From Neocallimastix sp. 'constans' (Eukaryota), in NCBI GenBank assembly GCA_050613775.1, contig JBODTK010000012.1, positions 744,001 to 808,000 of the forward strand: a DNA stretch of 64,000 nucleotides, read 5' to 3'. This document shows positions 1-12,428 of this stretch, in pieces. Numbering within the stretch: position 1 is the stretch's first letter; each line of letters starts with the position of its first letter. The notes beneath the pieces are model-generated. The model was not told the origin of the DNA. It worked only from the letters and a program-made list of their open reading frames with translations, and ran no database searches. The translations under genes and the position numbers were made by a program.

Positions 1-1202
1 ATATTATAAAAAAGTAATTATAAATTTTTAAAAAAAAAAAAAAAATTAATATTCATTTATATATATATATATATAAAAAGCGTGAATCAATTATTTTTTA
101 ATTTATGATATATACATGAAATATTAATATTCAAATATAAAATAATTATAAGATTAATTTTTAAATATATATATATATTATTTTTACATGAGTTAATATT
201 TAAAATATTTGTATTAAACTACATTGATTACGATTATGAATTATTATTTATTAAATAAATGAAAAAATTATTTAAATATTATAATATTACATATTACATA
301 TTATATTTTTATATTAAAAAAGTTTCAAATATTATTTATTTAATAATAATAATTATAATTATAATAAAATATTTCTATTAATAATGAATTATTATTTATT
401 AAATAAATGAAATAATTATTTAAATATTTTAATATTACATTTTTTATATTAAAAAAAAATTAAATATAATTTATTCTTTCCATTTTCTGTTAAAAAAATA
501 ATTCATTTTAGTATTTTCTGTTAATAATTTTCTATCAAAATCCATAATAATTAAAATATATAGAAATACTTATCATTTAATTTACATATTCAAAAAAAAA
601 AAATATAAAAATTTAATTTTTTTAATTATTCCTTCATTAAAATTTAATTTAAACTTGAGTGAATTTTAATATATACTACTAAAGCTGGCCAATAATCCTT
701 TAAATTTAATTATTTCCTTTTAATAAAATAAAATATTTAATAGAGTTTTAAAAATTAAAAATTATATTATCTCCATAAAATAATTATTTGAATAATATTT
801 TTTTATAAGAAATAATAGTAATAAATTATAAAAATAATATAATAATAATAATAAACAGTTTCATTAATTCTTTTTTTATATAAAAGAAAAACTTTTTTCC
901 ACCATTTTTAAAGTTCATTAATTATCATAATTAATAACATAAATATTATTATATTTTATATTTAATAAATTCATTAATACATCATCTATATTTAGGTAAA
1001 TTTAATTCTTATAACTTATTTTTTATAAACTTAAATATTAAAATTAAATTTAAAATATATTAATAATAATATTTAATAATTATTCCTTATTAATAAATAA
1101 TATTTTATATAGGTGAAAGTAACTGTCACTTTATTAATAGTGATATTTAAATAGAGAGATTTATAAAATTTTTTTAACTTCTAATATAAAAATAAAAATA
1201 AA

Positions 1203-2843
1203 ATGTTCAAGAATATTTTAAAGTGTTTTGCTTTATTCACTGTTTATAATGTTGTAGCCGATGCAAAGGTCTCTCTCGACTATACAAATGATGGTGTTTT
1301 AAGAAAAGATGGTGAATGTAATATCAATTTCATTAATTTCGGTATTAATAATGATATTATTGATCTCAAAATTAAAAAGGAAAATAATCCAAATGGAACT
1401 TTCAATTTATTAATTAGTGATTTAAAGAATGCTAATGCCTATCTTAATAATAAGAGCACCGGTTACACTTTCAATGATAATGAAATTAAGAACTATGTTA
1501 AAGTCAGTCAAAATGGTAATGCTATTAAAGATATCGAAGCTACCGCTGCTCCACATGGTCGTTTCTCACTTTTAATTAAAAATTTAAAAAGTTGTGAAGG
1601 TCTTTCCATTAAAGAAACCTTTAAAACTGATGTTTTAATTAATAGTTATTTATATTATTCTAATGTTAAACCAAATGGTATTAATCATGCTTATGATATT
1701 GTTGAATTTGGTCCATCTTCTAATAATGTTCCATATGATACTCTTAAATGGAATATGAATACTGGTTTAGACAGTGCCAGAGAAAAGTGTGGAATTTATA
1801 TTGATTATCATGAATTTGATTATACTGGTGGAGCCCACTGGAAATGGTATCTTTCTACAGATAATATCAATAATAAGAAATGTGATAATCCTGCATTCTA
1901 TGCAGCTGTTAAAGATTCTTATGCTAATTATGAAGTTATGGAAGAACTCTTTGGAGATCATTACAATGGTTATGTCATTAAGAGAGAAGGATCAGGAATT
2001 GGACATATGGATGGTATTCTTGTTGATCAAAAATATTTAATTGAAATTTATCAAAATGGATGTGATGAACAAAACAAAGATCAAGTTATTTGTACTATTT
2101 CATCAAACAAGAAACTTACATATAAGGAATTCACTCAAGAATTTGTTAAGAATTGTCCAAGTATTATTGAAGATCCAAAAGAAGAAGTTAGATGGTCAGT
2201 TGATGAAAATGGAATTACTGCTAAATATGATAGTTATTCATTTAATATTACTAATTACAATCGTGGAGCATTACCAAAGAATGAAAATGAATCCGTTAGT
2301 TACAAGGAATTCAAAGCAGCCAACTCTAGTGGTATTGCTCGTTTCAATGTTTGTACTAAATGTGGAGATGGAACATACATTGGAGAAAAATGTAAATGTA
2401 TTTCCTGTCCAGAAAATTGTACTAAATGTCTTGATGGTAAAACATGTACTGAATGTGCTACTGGAAGTGAATTAATTGATGGTTCCTGTAAGAAGATTAT
2501 AACTACTACCACTACTACTACTACTACTACTATCACTACTACTATTACTAAGGTTCCAACTACTACTATTGTTGAAGAAACTGAAACAGTTGATAATGTT
2601 ACTGAAAAAGAAGAACCAACTGAAAGTGAAATTGTTGATGATGAAGAAGAATCTAGTGATGCTAATGATTCAGATTTAGAAGAAGAAGAAGTTACTGATG
2701 AACCAACAGAAGTTAAAGAAGAAGATGAAGATGATGATATAGAAGAAGCTACAGAAACTGAAAACAAACCAAAACCAATAACAAAGGTTGTTGTTGTTAA
2801 AAGACCAAAAACAATTAAAAAATGTTTAATTAAGAAAAATTAA
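1203..2843 (+). CDS. Secreted protein of unknown function, 546 aa: signal peptide, ~350-aa unassigned domain, furin-like Cys-rich repeat, Thr-rich linker, acidic tract, basic C-terminal tail
   Basis: Long uninterrupted ORF in very AT-rich DNA with an A-rich context before the ATG. Hydrophobic N-terminus (MFKNILKCFALFTVYNVVADA). CxxC-rich segment CTKCGDG...CISCPENCTKCLDGKTCTECATG...C, then poly-Thr, D/E tract and the tail KRPKTIKKCLIKKN. Confidence 0.85.
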   Translation: MFKNILKCFALFTVYNVVADAKVSLDYTNDGVLRKDGECNINFINFGINNDIIDLKIKKENNPNGTFNLLISDLKNANAYLNNKSTGYTFNDNEIKNYVKVSQNGNAIKDIEATAAPHGRFSLLIKNLKSCEGLSIKETFKTDVLINSYLYYSNVKPNGINHAYDIVEFGPSSNNVPYDTLKWNMNTGLDSAREKCGIYIDYHEFDYTGGAHWKWYLSTDNINNKKCDNPAFYAAVKDSYANYEVMEELFGDHYNGYVIKREGSGIGHMDGILVDQKYLIEIYQNGCDEQNKDQVICTISSNKKLTYKEFTQEFVKNCPSIIEDPKEEVRWSVDENGITAKYDSYSFNITNYNRGALPKNENESVSYKEFKAANSSGIARFNVCTKCGDGTYIGEKCKCISCPENCTKCLDGKTCTECATGSELIDGSCKKIITTTTTTTTTTITTTITKVPTTTIVEETETVDNVTEKEEPTESEIVDDEEESSDANDSDLEEEEVTDEPTEVKEEDEDDDIEEATETENKPKPITKVVVVKRPKTIKKCLIKKN

Positions 2844-3136
2844 ATTTTTAATTAACAAAAGCTAAACTATTAAAATCTCAACAAGTATATATTCTTAATG
2901 CTAAATATATACTAGTTACTTCCAAAATATAGACTTCAAAATAAATTTTAGAAGATGTTGTAAATAAGAATGTAATAATATAATTAAAAATTAATATTAA
3001 TATAATTTATATTAAATGTATTTTTAAAATAATAAATGATTCTGTTTATTAAATTATTTACAAATATAATAATATAAAAAAAATTATATATATATATATA
3101 TATATGTATTAAAATATATAGAGGATTAATTATTAA

Positions 3137-3173
<37 letters not shown>

Positions 3174-3884
3174 TTTTTTAACATAATTAGTCAGTATTAA
3201 CTTTAAAAAAAAAAGAAAAGAAAATAATTAAGAAAAAAAAATATAAGAAAAAAAATAAAGGAATACAAAAATGTAAAAAATTAATTTTAAGATGTTTTAC
3301 ATCATAATTAAATAAATAAATAAAAGATATTATTTAAAAAAAAAAAAAAAAAAAAAAAAAGAGAGAGTACATTAAATCATTACATTTATTTTAAAAAAAA
3401 AAATTAGTGTTTTTTTTTTTTTTTTTTTTTTTTAAAATGATTAAAAAATTAATTACAATGATACATATATTTATTTTTCAATTATTTAAAATCTAAAACA
3501 AAAAATATTAAATTAATTTTTTTAATTAAAAATATGAATAGTTAATAATATATATATATTTTAAACCATATTTTATTGATTATTACATTTAAGTGTTATT
3601 ATATAAAAAGAATAAATAGGTATTTAAATTTATTTTCAAATTTTATTATTTAATTAATATTTAAGTAACCTTTTTTTTTATAATTTATTGAATAAACATA
3701 TACATACTCATAACTCTTTTTTTTTTAGATGATTTTAATTAATATTATCGAAATATTTAATTATATATTTAATTACATAATTAAATATTTCCATCTTAAT
3801 TTTTTATAATTAAAACAATATATATAATCTATATATTTTTATGTGCAAGCTATATTCTGTATTAAAATAATTTGAAGATATTTA

Positions 3885-3922
<38 letters not shown>

Positions 3923-3927
3923 GATCT

Positions 3928-3972
<45 letters not shown>

Positions 3973-4465
3973 ATAATTCATATAATATTAATAAATAGGT
4001 ATAAATAAATAATTTATTATGTTAAAAATTAAAAATAAAATTTATAATTATTAATTATTAATATATTAGTTTTTATTATTATTATTATTATTAAATCATA
4101 TTTATTATTAAAGAATAGTCACATTTTTTAACTTATAATACTAAAGAATATAAAAAATAATTAATCAACTATTAAAAATTTTAAAATAATTTCTTTAAAA
4201 TAATACCTCGTATGCAGATAATGATTTTTAATAATTTCAAAGATTTTTTTTTTTTTTTTAACGGCAGCAAACTTGTTTCATCTTTATTAATTAAATATTT
4301 GATAAAATACATGTAATAAAATAATAAAAAAAAAAGATAAAAAAATAAACAAAAAATAATAATTTCAAAGGAAAAAATAATAATAATCATATATATATTA
4401 AAAGATTGTTATATATGAATAATAAAATAAAAAAAAAATTTTTTTAATAAAAATTTTTTTTCTCA

Positions 4466-4515
<50 letters not shown>

Positions 4516-4894
4516 TTATTTATTTTTAATCTTTTTATTTTATTTTTTTTTTTTTTTATTTATGGAATTTTTATTGCTTTTTATTTTTGCTCTTGTTTTT
4601 ATTTAATGTTATTTAATTATTGTTTAACACAAATAACATTCGTATTTCTTTTATCTTATTTTTTACTTTTTACTTTTTTTTTTTTTTTTTTTTTTTTTGA
4701 TTTACTTCATTACATAAATAATATTTTTCTTTCATACAATTAAATTATTAATGCTTTACCATAAATTATAATTATGGAGTATTATTATACTATATTATGA
4801 TAAATATTTAATTATTTTTAAAATATTAATCATTAATAAAATTAAATGTTATTATAAAAAATAAAAAAAAAGAAGATATTATTAATTATTATTA

Positions 4895-4896
<2 letters not shown>

Positions 4897-4981
<85 letters not shown>
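4897..4981. repeat. (TAT)n microsatellite
   Basis: Pure trinucleotide run; similar runs at ~11390-11470, ~21970-22035 and ~59680-59775. Confidence 0.95.
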
Positions 4982-4982
<1 letters not shown>

Positions 4983-5165
4983 GATTATTATTAGACTATT
5001 ATACAACTTTTGTAAATATAATATTTACAAAAGTAATATAATAATATTTACAATTTTCAATTATTATGAAAAACTATTATTATTATTAAGATTTTACTAA
5101 AATTATTTTTATAATTATCATTACTAAAACTTATAAATAAAAAGGTATATTAACAAATTAATTTT

Positions 5166-5199
<34 letters not shown>

Positions 5200-5425
5200 T
5201 TTTGATTTGATTTTGCTGTTATTTTTTACTTTAAAATTAAAACTATACATTATTAAAATTATTGAAATATTTATTTTTTTTCTTCATCTTTTTACTTTTA
5301 TTTTTATTATATAATATTTCTAAAAATAAATAAAATTTTTTTTATTATTTTTTATTTTATTTTATTTTATTATTGTTGTTTTATTTTTGTTTTTGTTTTT
5401 GCTTTTGTTTTTTTGTTTTTTTGTT

Positions 5426-6907
5426 TTACTTTCTACATCTTGGTAAAATTCCACACCAATCACCATTTTCCACACCCCATGCTCCATTAGTATCTCTAAA
5501 TTCAACTTTACATTCCACGCAACATGGGAAACCTAATTCTTCTGACCAGCAGACACTTTTATCTCTATAGCTAGGGACATCTGAACGAATACCACACCAA
5601 TCATTGGTTTTAGGGCTGATTCCCCAATTACCATTTTCATCTTCAAATACTACTTCTTTATTTCCTGAATTACAACATGGATAACCTAACTGTTCAGACC
5701 AACATTCATTCTCTTTATCATTATTATTACTATAATATCCAGTAAATTGAACTTTTTTATCAATTGGATATTGATAATCTTCATCCATATAAATTGGATC
5801 ACATTCCATACCATAAGCTTTACAGACATATCTATATTTAGCAAGAATCCAATATTTTATACCATAGGCATTATATTGAATGGTACTAATGGAAGTAAAT
5901 TCAGAGTTAGCATCCCATTCCTCTAAAGTATATGTTTCTTCAGCACTTACATTAATTCTTCCAGGACGATTACCATTTTCATCTGGTGTTTTATCTATTA
6001 TCACATAAGGTTTAATAAATTCTTTTAATTCATCGATACGTGGAAATAGAGTAGCTGGATTAAAAGCTCTCGTAACAATATCTTTTAAAGCTTCATCAAA
6101 ACGAGTAGAATCCTTTAATATTAAAATATCAATAATATGATAAGGCATAGTCCATTCAGCAAATGAATAACTTGGATAATCTGTATTAATGGCTTCATAA
6201 CGTTCTGGCAAATCTTCAAAAATATAAGCTACAAATACTCTATCGATATTAATACCAAATTCATGATCATAATCGTAGGAAAAATATTTCCATTTACCAT
6301 TTGTTTGTTTATACATATAAAAGTTGTGGCCAATTTGTTGAATATGATCCCAACCACCAATTAAATATTCAATGGCCATTTCATATATAAAGTTATCTAC
6401 TTCAAAAAAGTCTTCAATATCAGAAGCAGACTCTGCAGCATCTAACTTTGTTAAAAAGTCCATCCAATCTGTGTAATCTTTGAAATCACTATCTTCATTA
6501 CCACAACCATGTCTTGAATTAAAAGTTAAATTAGAACTACTACATTGGTATAAAGATTGAGAATCTTCTTCACCGTATACAAATTTTATCCATGACTGTT
6601 TAATAGCATCCGTTAAAACAAATAATCCCATAAATTCATCATTAATATATAAAGTGGCATAATTGGCGGAAATTGAAGGAAGACCTAAACGATTATGAAT
6701 ATCAGATGTTAACTTTGATCTTAAAAATGTTGGTTCTGTATAATCAGAACGAAGTTTAAATTGACTACGACTATATAAATTCTTGCCACCTCTAATCTTT
6801 AAATTAAAATTAGGTTTAATTAATTCTCTTGAATATTGACCTGCTAATGAAAAAGTAACTTTATCAAATTGAAGTTTTTCTCTTTATATAAATAAATTCA
6901 TGTTAAA

Positions 6908-6953
<46 letters not shown>

Positions 6954-7405
6954 AAAATATAAATATAAATATATTAATAAAAATAACCAATTTAAATAAA
7001 ATATTAAATAGGTATATAAAATAATTTTTTAGTTAATTAAATTGAAATAAAATAAATAATTATAATTACAATTAAAAAAAATTAACATAAATATAAATAT
7101 AAATATAAAGTAGAATGATTTAATTAATAAGTATAACAATATAAATATAAATATAAAGTAGAATAATTTAATTAATAAATATAGCAATATAAATATAAAG
7201 TAGAATGATTTAATTAATAAATATAACAATATAAATATAAATATAAATATAAAAGGAAAATAAACAGAAAAAAAATTAAAAAAAAAATTAGTAATAATAA
7301 TATAGTAAATGTTATTTATATATTATAAATATTAATAAATAAATTTTTCTTTTATAATAAATAATATTCCTATTATATATTTATCTGAAAATCTTTTTTT
7401 TTTAA

Positions 7406-7448
<43 letters not shown>

Positions 7449-8701
7449 GTTATATGTTTTATATGTCTATTAAATAATTATTAACATATATATTTATAAA
7501 TTGTAATTTACCCATTAATTTCAACGGTCAAGGAGGCCTTTTTAGTTTTAAACTTCTTTGAGTTATCACTATAATAAATTTCAGTATCAGCATTATCATT
7601 GATTTGATTATTTTCATCTACGATGTCAGTAAAACTTTCATCTATGTCATTAGTAATACTTTCAACAATGGCATTAGTAGTGTTTTCATCTATAAAATCA
7701 GTAACATTTTCATCAATACTATTACTGTAAATCGATTCTGATGAAACTTCATAATTATCTTCCGTGATATAAAATATATCTTGGTTATTATCAGTTGGAT
7801 TAACAGTAGTATTACTTTCATTCCAATCAACATTTTCTGTTGGAATTTCATTTTGAATATTATTTTCATTTTCCTCAAAAATGTCCAGAGTATGATTATT
7901 AAATGAATTTTGAATGTCGGGTAATTCTCCTGAGATAATGGACTTAACTTCTGTATCTTTTAAAGTAGCTTTTTTACCATAAGTAGCGATAGTTGAAAGT
8001 TTTTCAGGAACACTTTGCTTATTTACTTTAAATTCTACGAAAAAGTCTGAATATTTAATAAGATCAAAGTAAGGATTACGATCAAAAAACTCTGCCATGA
8101 TATTACCGTTTCCAAAATCAAAATCAATATAATTATATTTATTCATATCATAAGCTTTTAGGATTTCCTCTTTATTTAAATGAGGGTAACCATCCTCACC
8201 AATATTTAATTCAGGAAAGAGGGCAGTCACATTATGATTTGGAAAATTTTCAAAGAAATTAGTGCCAGTAATATGATCAAATCCTTCCCCGGCCATTCTA
8301 TAGAAGTTATCTAAAATACTTTGTATATAAATAATGGAAGTTCCTAAACCTCCAACATCAGCTTTTTCTTTTAAAATATCAAATTCTTTTTTTGAAAGAG
8401 TTACTCTAAAAATAGGAACTTCATTATCCGTTAATTCAAAAATTTGAGCACGTTGCCCCTTTTCAATAAATGTTGTTGATACTGCTAATGTGCAATAAGC
8501 TATAATTAAAAATTTAAAATAAAAAAAAAAAAATTAAGAAAAGCAAAAAATTAGAATTATAGATATTCAAATAACAAAAATTTATGTATATTAATATATT
8601 ATTTATTTAATAATTATTATATTTCCATAAATACAACAAATATTATATTTAAATAAATATACATTACCACATAATAAAAATGTAATTAAATATTTTAACA
8701 T
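5426..8701 (-). CDS. cotH: CotH-family protein kinase with two C-terminal fungal dockerin (CBM10/NCDD) domains; exons 8701-8668, 8499-7512, 6881-5426; ~825 aa
   Basis: Splicing at GT..AG sites gives one frame: MLKYLITFLLC|AYCTLAVS...FELTDNEVPIFRVTL...ASLTVEING|EKLQFDKVTFSLAGQYSR...FKLRSDYTEPTFLRSKL...YATLYINDEFMGLF. Exon lengths sum to 2478 nt (divisible by 3). CotH motifs GGWDH, HNFYMY, YDYDHEFG. C-terminal CWSEQLGYPCC...GNWG...WCGI and CWSEELGFPCC...GAWGVENGDWCGI are typical dockerins. Confidence 0.92.
7090..7250. repeat. Three-copy ~45-50 bp minisatellite inside CotH intron 2
   Basis: Unit AAATATAAAGTAGAAT(G/A)ATTTAATTAATAA(G/A)TATA(A/G)CAATAT repeated three times. Confidence 0.85.
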
Positions 8702-9471
8702 TTTTAAATTTATTATAAATGATTTATATTCTCATATAAAATATATATATTTTTGTTTTGAAAAAAATAATACTTATTATATTTATTGAAATATATATTT
8801 TTATTATATATATTATTAAGTAAAAACAAAAAAATATAATAAATAGTCTTCCCTTGTTATATATATTATATATTTTACTTTTTATTTTTGAAAAAAAAAA
8901 AAAAAATTAATATTACAACGAATATGATACTTATTTATACTATTTTTTTTTTTTTTTTTTATTTTAAAAAAATAATATGTATAATAACGAATTCTAATTA
9001 ATAATAAAAAATAAATTTATATATAACAAAATAAATGAATATTAATTATATAATTTAAATAAATAATAATAATAATAAATGAATAATTTACAAACTTAAT
9101 AAATATGTAAGAAGAAAAATTTTACAACATTATTTAATTAGAGCATATAAAACTAAATTAAAATTAAATAAGGAATAATGAATCAAAATTTTATTTACCA
9201 ATAGAATTAAAGGAAGAAAAGATTGACTTAATCACTAAAAATTATATCAAAAACTTTATTTCATTTATTTTTGCCAGTTGATTAAAAAGTTAAAATTCTA
9301 AAAAAATTGAATATATAGAAAGAAAAGAAAACTTAAACTATTTAATACCATAGAAATGATATATTTATAAAATAACGTATATATAATAGTTTATAGTACA
9401 ATATATAATTTTTTAATTTATACAAAAAGAAAAATTACTTAATTACTTTATAAATTAGATTTATCTTCTAT

Positions 9472-9511
<40 letters not shown>

Positions 9512-10254
9512 CTTTTATATATCAAATTAGCTTTCTTTAATTATTTAAACTTTTTTTTAATCTAGAATGATAAACATTTCTTTTTACATGGAACTTTTAT
9601 ATGGAAATTTTACATGGAATAAAAATTTTTGAAATATTCAATGAAAATAAAATAAAAAAAAAAGTACAGAAATACCCAACAATATTAATACAGCTAATAT
9701 TATAATTTTTTTTAATTTTAATAAGGTAATTATTTAGCACAAGGTGTATTTAGTATATTTAGTATAAAACAAAAACTTAATTAAAGCACACATACACAAA
9801 CACTTCTGACTACATAAAATTAATAGTACCATTTTTTTTTGTTTTACTTTTTTTTAAAAAATTTTATAAAATTGTCAAAAAAAAATTTTTTTTTTATTTT
9901 TTTTTTTTTTTCCTTTTGCTTTTTGGGTTTTTTAAAATTTACTTAATATTTAAAGTTCAATAACATATGAAATTTTTTTTTATTTAACCTTTTTTATACA
10001 TTATTAAAAAAAATTATTTTTAAATTTTTTTTTAAATTTTTACTTCTTCTTTCTCTTTAAAAAAAAGAAAAGAAAATAGACTTTTTGGTTTAATATATGT
10101 TTTGGAAATAGTTTCATCATATAATATAAAAAGAAAGAAATAAAAAATTAAAAAATGAACAAAAAAAAAAATAGAATTTTTATAAAAAAATTTTTAGTAT
10201 ATATACAATAATTACTGAATTCAATTGTATTTAATTATTATAATCTATTATTTG

Positions 10255-10450
10255 TCTTTCAGATAAAAGTCAATTCAAATCCTAATCCAGAATAAGAATT
10301 CCCTTTAAACAGAAATCTTATAATCTTGGAGGTGAGGTTCGTTGCCTATGAACTTTTTTCTGAATTTATTTATACACTTTATTTTGAATATTACTTTTTA
10401 TTTCATATTACTATTCTAAATATTATTATGTTCTTATTGGACAAATAATA
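10255..10450 (+). mobile_element. 3'-end fragment of a non-LTR retrotransposon (same family as 39218-40110)
   Basis: Matches the reverse complement of ~39218-39392 (GTCAATTC.AATCCTAATCCAGAA...GGAGGTGAG.TTCGTTGCCTATG.ACTTTTTTCTGAATTTATTTATACACTTTATTTTGAATATTAC...TTGGACAAATAAT), with a ~20-bp indel. Confidence 0.75.
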
Positions 10451-11430
10451 TTTATATTTTTATTAAATATGTGTTTTTTTATAGTCATATAATTAATAAA
10501 TGAATAAATACCGTTTAAAGTTCGCAATAATTGAGGCTGAAAAAAATATTTGTATTATTAATATATTTATTATTATTTATTTATTTATTTATTTATTATT
10601 TATTTATTCATTTATTATTTATTCATTATTTATTATTTATTCATTATTTATTATAAATTATTAAGAAATTATTATAATTATTGTGTTGTTTCTGTTTTTA
10701 TGATTATTTAAAAAAAAAATTATTAAAATACAATATTTAATTAAATATTGTTTTATTAAAAATTTATAAAATAAATTTGATATATTTATTAAAATCTTCT
10801 TAAATATTTTTGTTTGTTACTTTTTAATTAATAATTAATTTAATAAAATTATATAAGAGAAATTTATTTATTATATGTTAAGTCAGCTCAAACTTATTTC
10901 TTTTTATTTAAACTTTTAAAAATAAAATAACTAAAAAGAATGAAATTTTTTTTATAAATCCACCTATATATAATATTTATTTTTATTTAATTTATAGAAT
11001 TTTATTAATATTTATTACTTATTATTTATTATTTATTATTCATTTATTTATTTATTATTTATTTATTTATTATTTATTATTTATTATTTATTATTTATTT
11101 ATTATTTATTATTTACTTATTTATTATTTATTATTTATTTATATATTAATCTTCAATTATTAATTAAAAGCTATAAAGTAAGACTTTAAACAGAAATAAT
11201 GAATGAAATAATCTAAAAACAGAAATAATGAATGAAATAATCTAAAAATATTATATAAGAAAAATTTTATAAATAAATTTATTAAATAAAAATAAATAAT
11301 ATATCAGTCGACAGCTCAAACTTATTTCTCTTTATTAAAACATCTAACAATAAAGTAAATAAAATGAGTATAATATTAATTATATATTTTGTTATTATTA
11401 TTATTATTGTTATTATTATTATTATTATTA

Positions 11431-11468
<38 letters not shown>

Positions 11469-12339
11469 ATTATTACATATTATTTATTTTAAAATAAATA
11501 ATATGTAATAATCAAAATTTTTTATTTTTAAAAGAATAATAAATTAATTATTTCTTATTTAAAATATTGTTGATTCAAAAGAATTTAAAACTTTGTTAAT
11601 AAAATAAAAACTAATTCATTACAGTAATTAATTATTGTAAAATAAAAAGGCCTATTTATTAGTAAAATTTTTAAAAAATTAGAAAATATTGTCATATTAT
11701 ATGTATGTTATATGTGCCATAATAAATATTTATATATAACTTTTAAAATATCATTAATAATAAATATATTTATAAATATATTTATTATTATTATTTTTTT
11801 TTTTTTTTTTAATGAATAAAAATTAAAAAAATTTTAAAAAAATTAATAATGAAAAGATGAAGAAGAAAAGCAAAATTAAATCTTCCCAATACTAATACCT
11901 CAAATTATATTATAAATATTTCTTATATAATGATTAATAATGTTTATTAAAAAAATTTTTACAAATAATTTTCTTTTTGGTTTTTTTAAACTTTTTTATA
12001 TATAAAAAAAATTTTTTTTTTTTTTTTTGTATAAAATCAGTTGTATATATAGAGTCTAATTATATATTATATGAAAAAATTATAAGTATTAGCAAATATA
12101 GTGATTTAGGAAATAATAAAAAATGCTCAAATAATCATTATTACAAAATTTTAAAAGAATTATTATATACCAACTCCTTATTTAAATATTCATGTAACAA
12201 GAAAATTTTTTTATTAGTTGTAATTGTAACATAAAAAATGATTAAATGCCAATAAAAAAAAATGTTATGGTCTAGATCCCAATAAGAATTGTTGACATAT
12301 GTTGAGTCATATAAAAATTTAATCCGTTTTTTTTGTTTT

Positions 12340-12428
<89 letters not shown>

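Noticed and set aside
1767..2767. Alternative-frame and antisense ORFs overlapping gene 1 (similarly 27315-27518, 47955-48236, 51914-52429, 62736-62981)
   Set aside because: Shadow ORFs of real genes or TE ORFs; no independent motifs.
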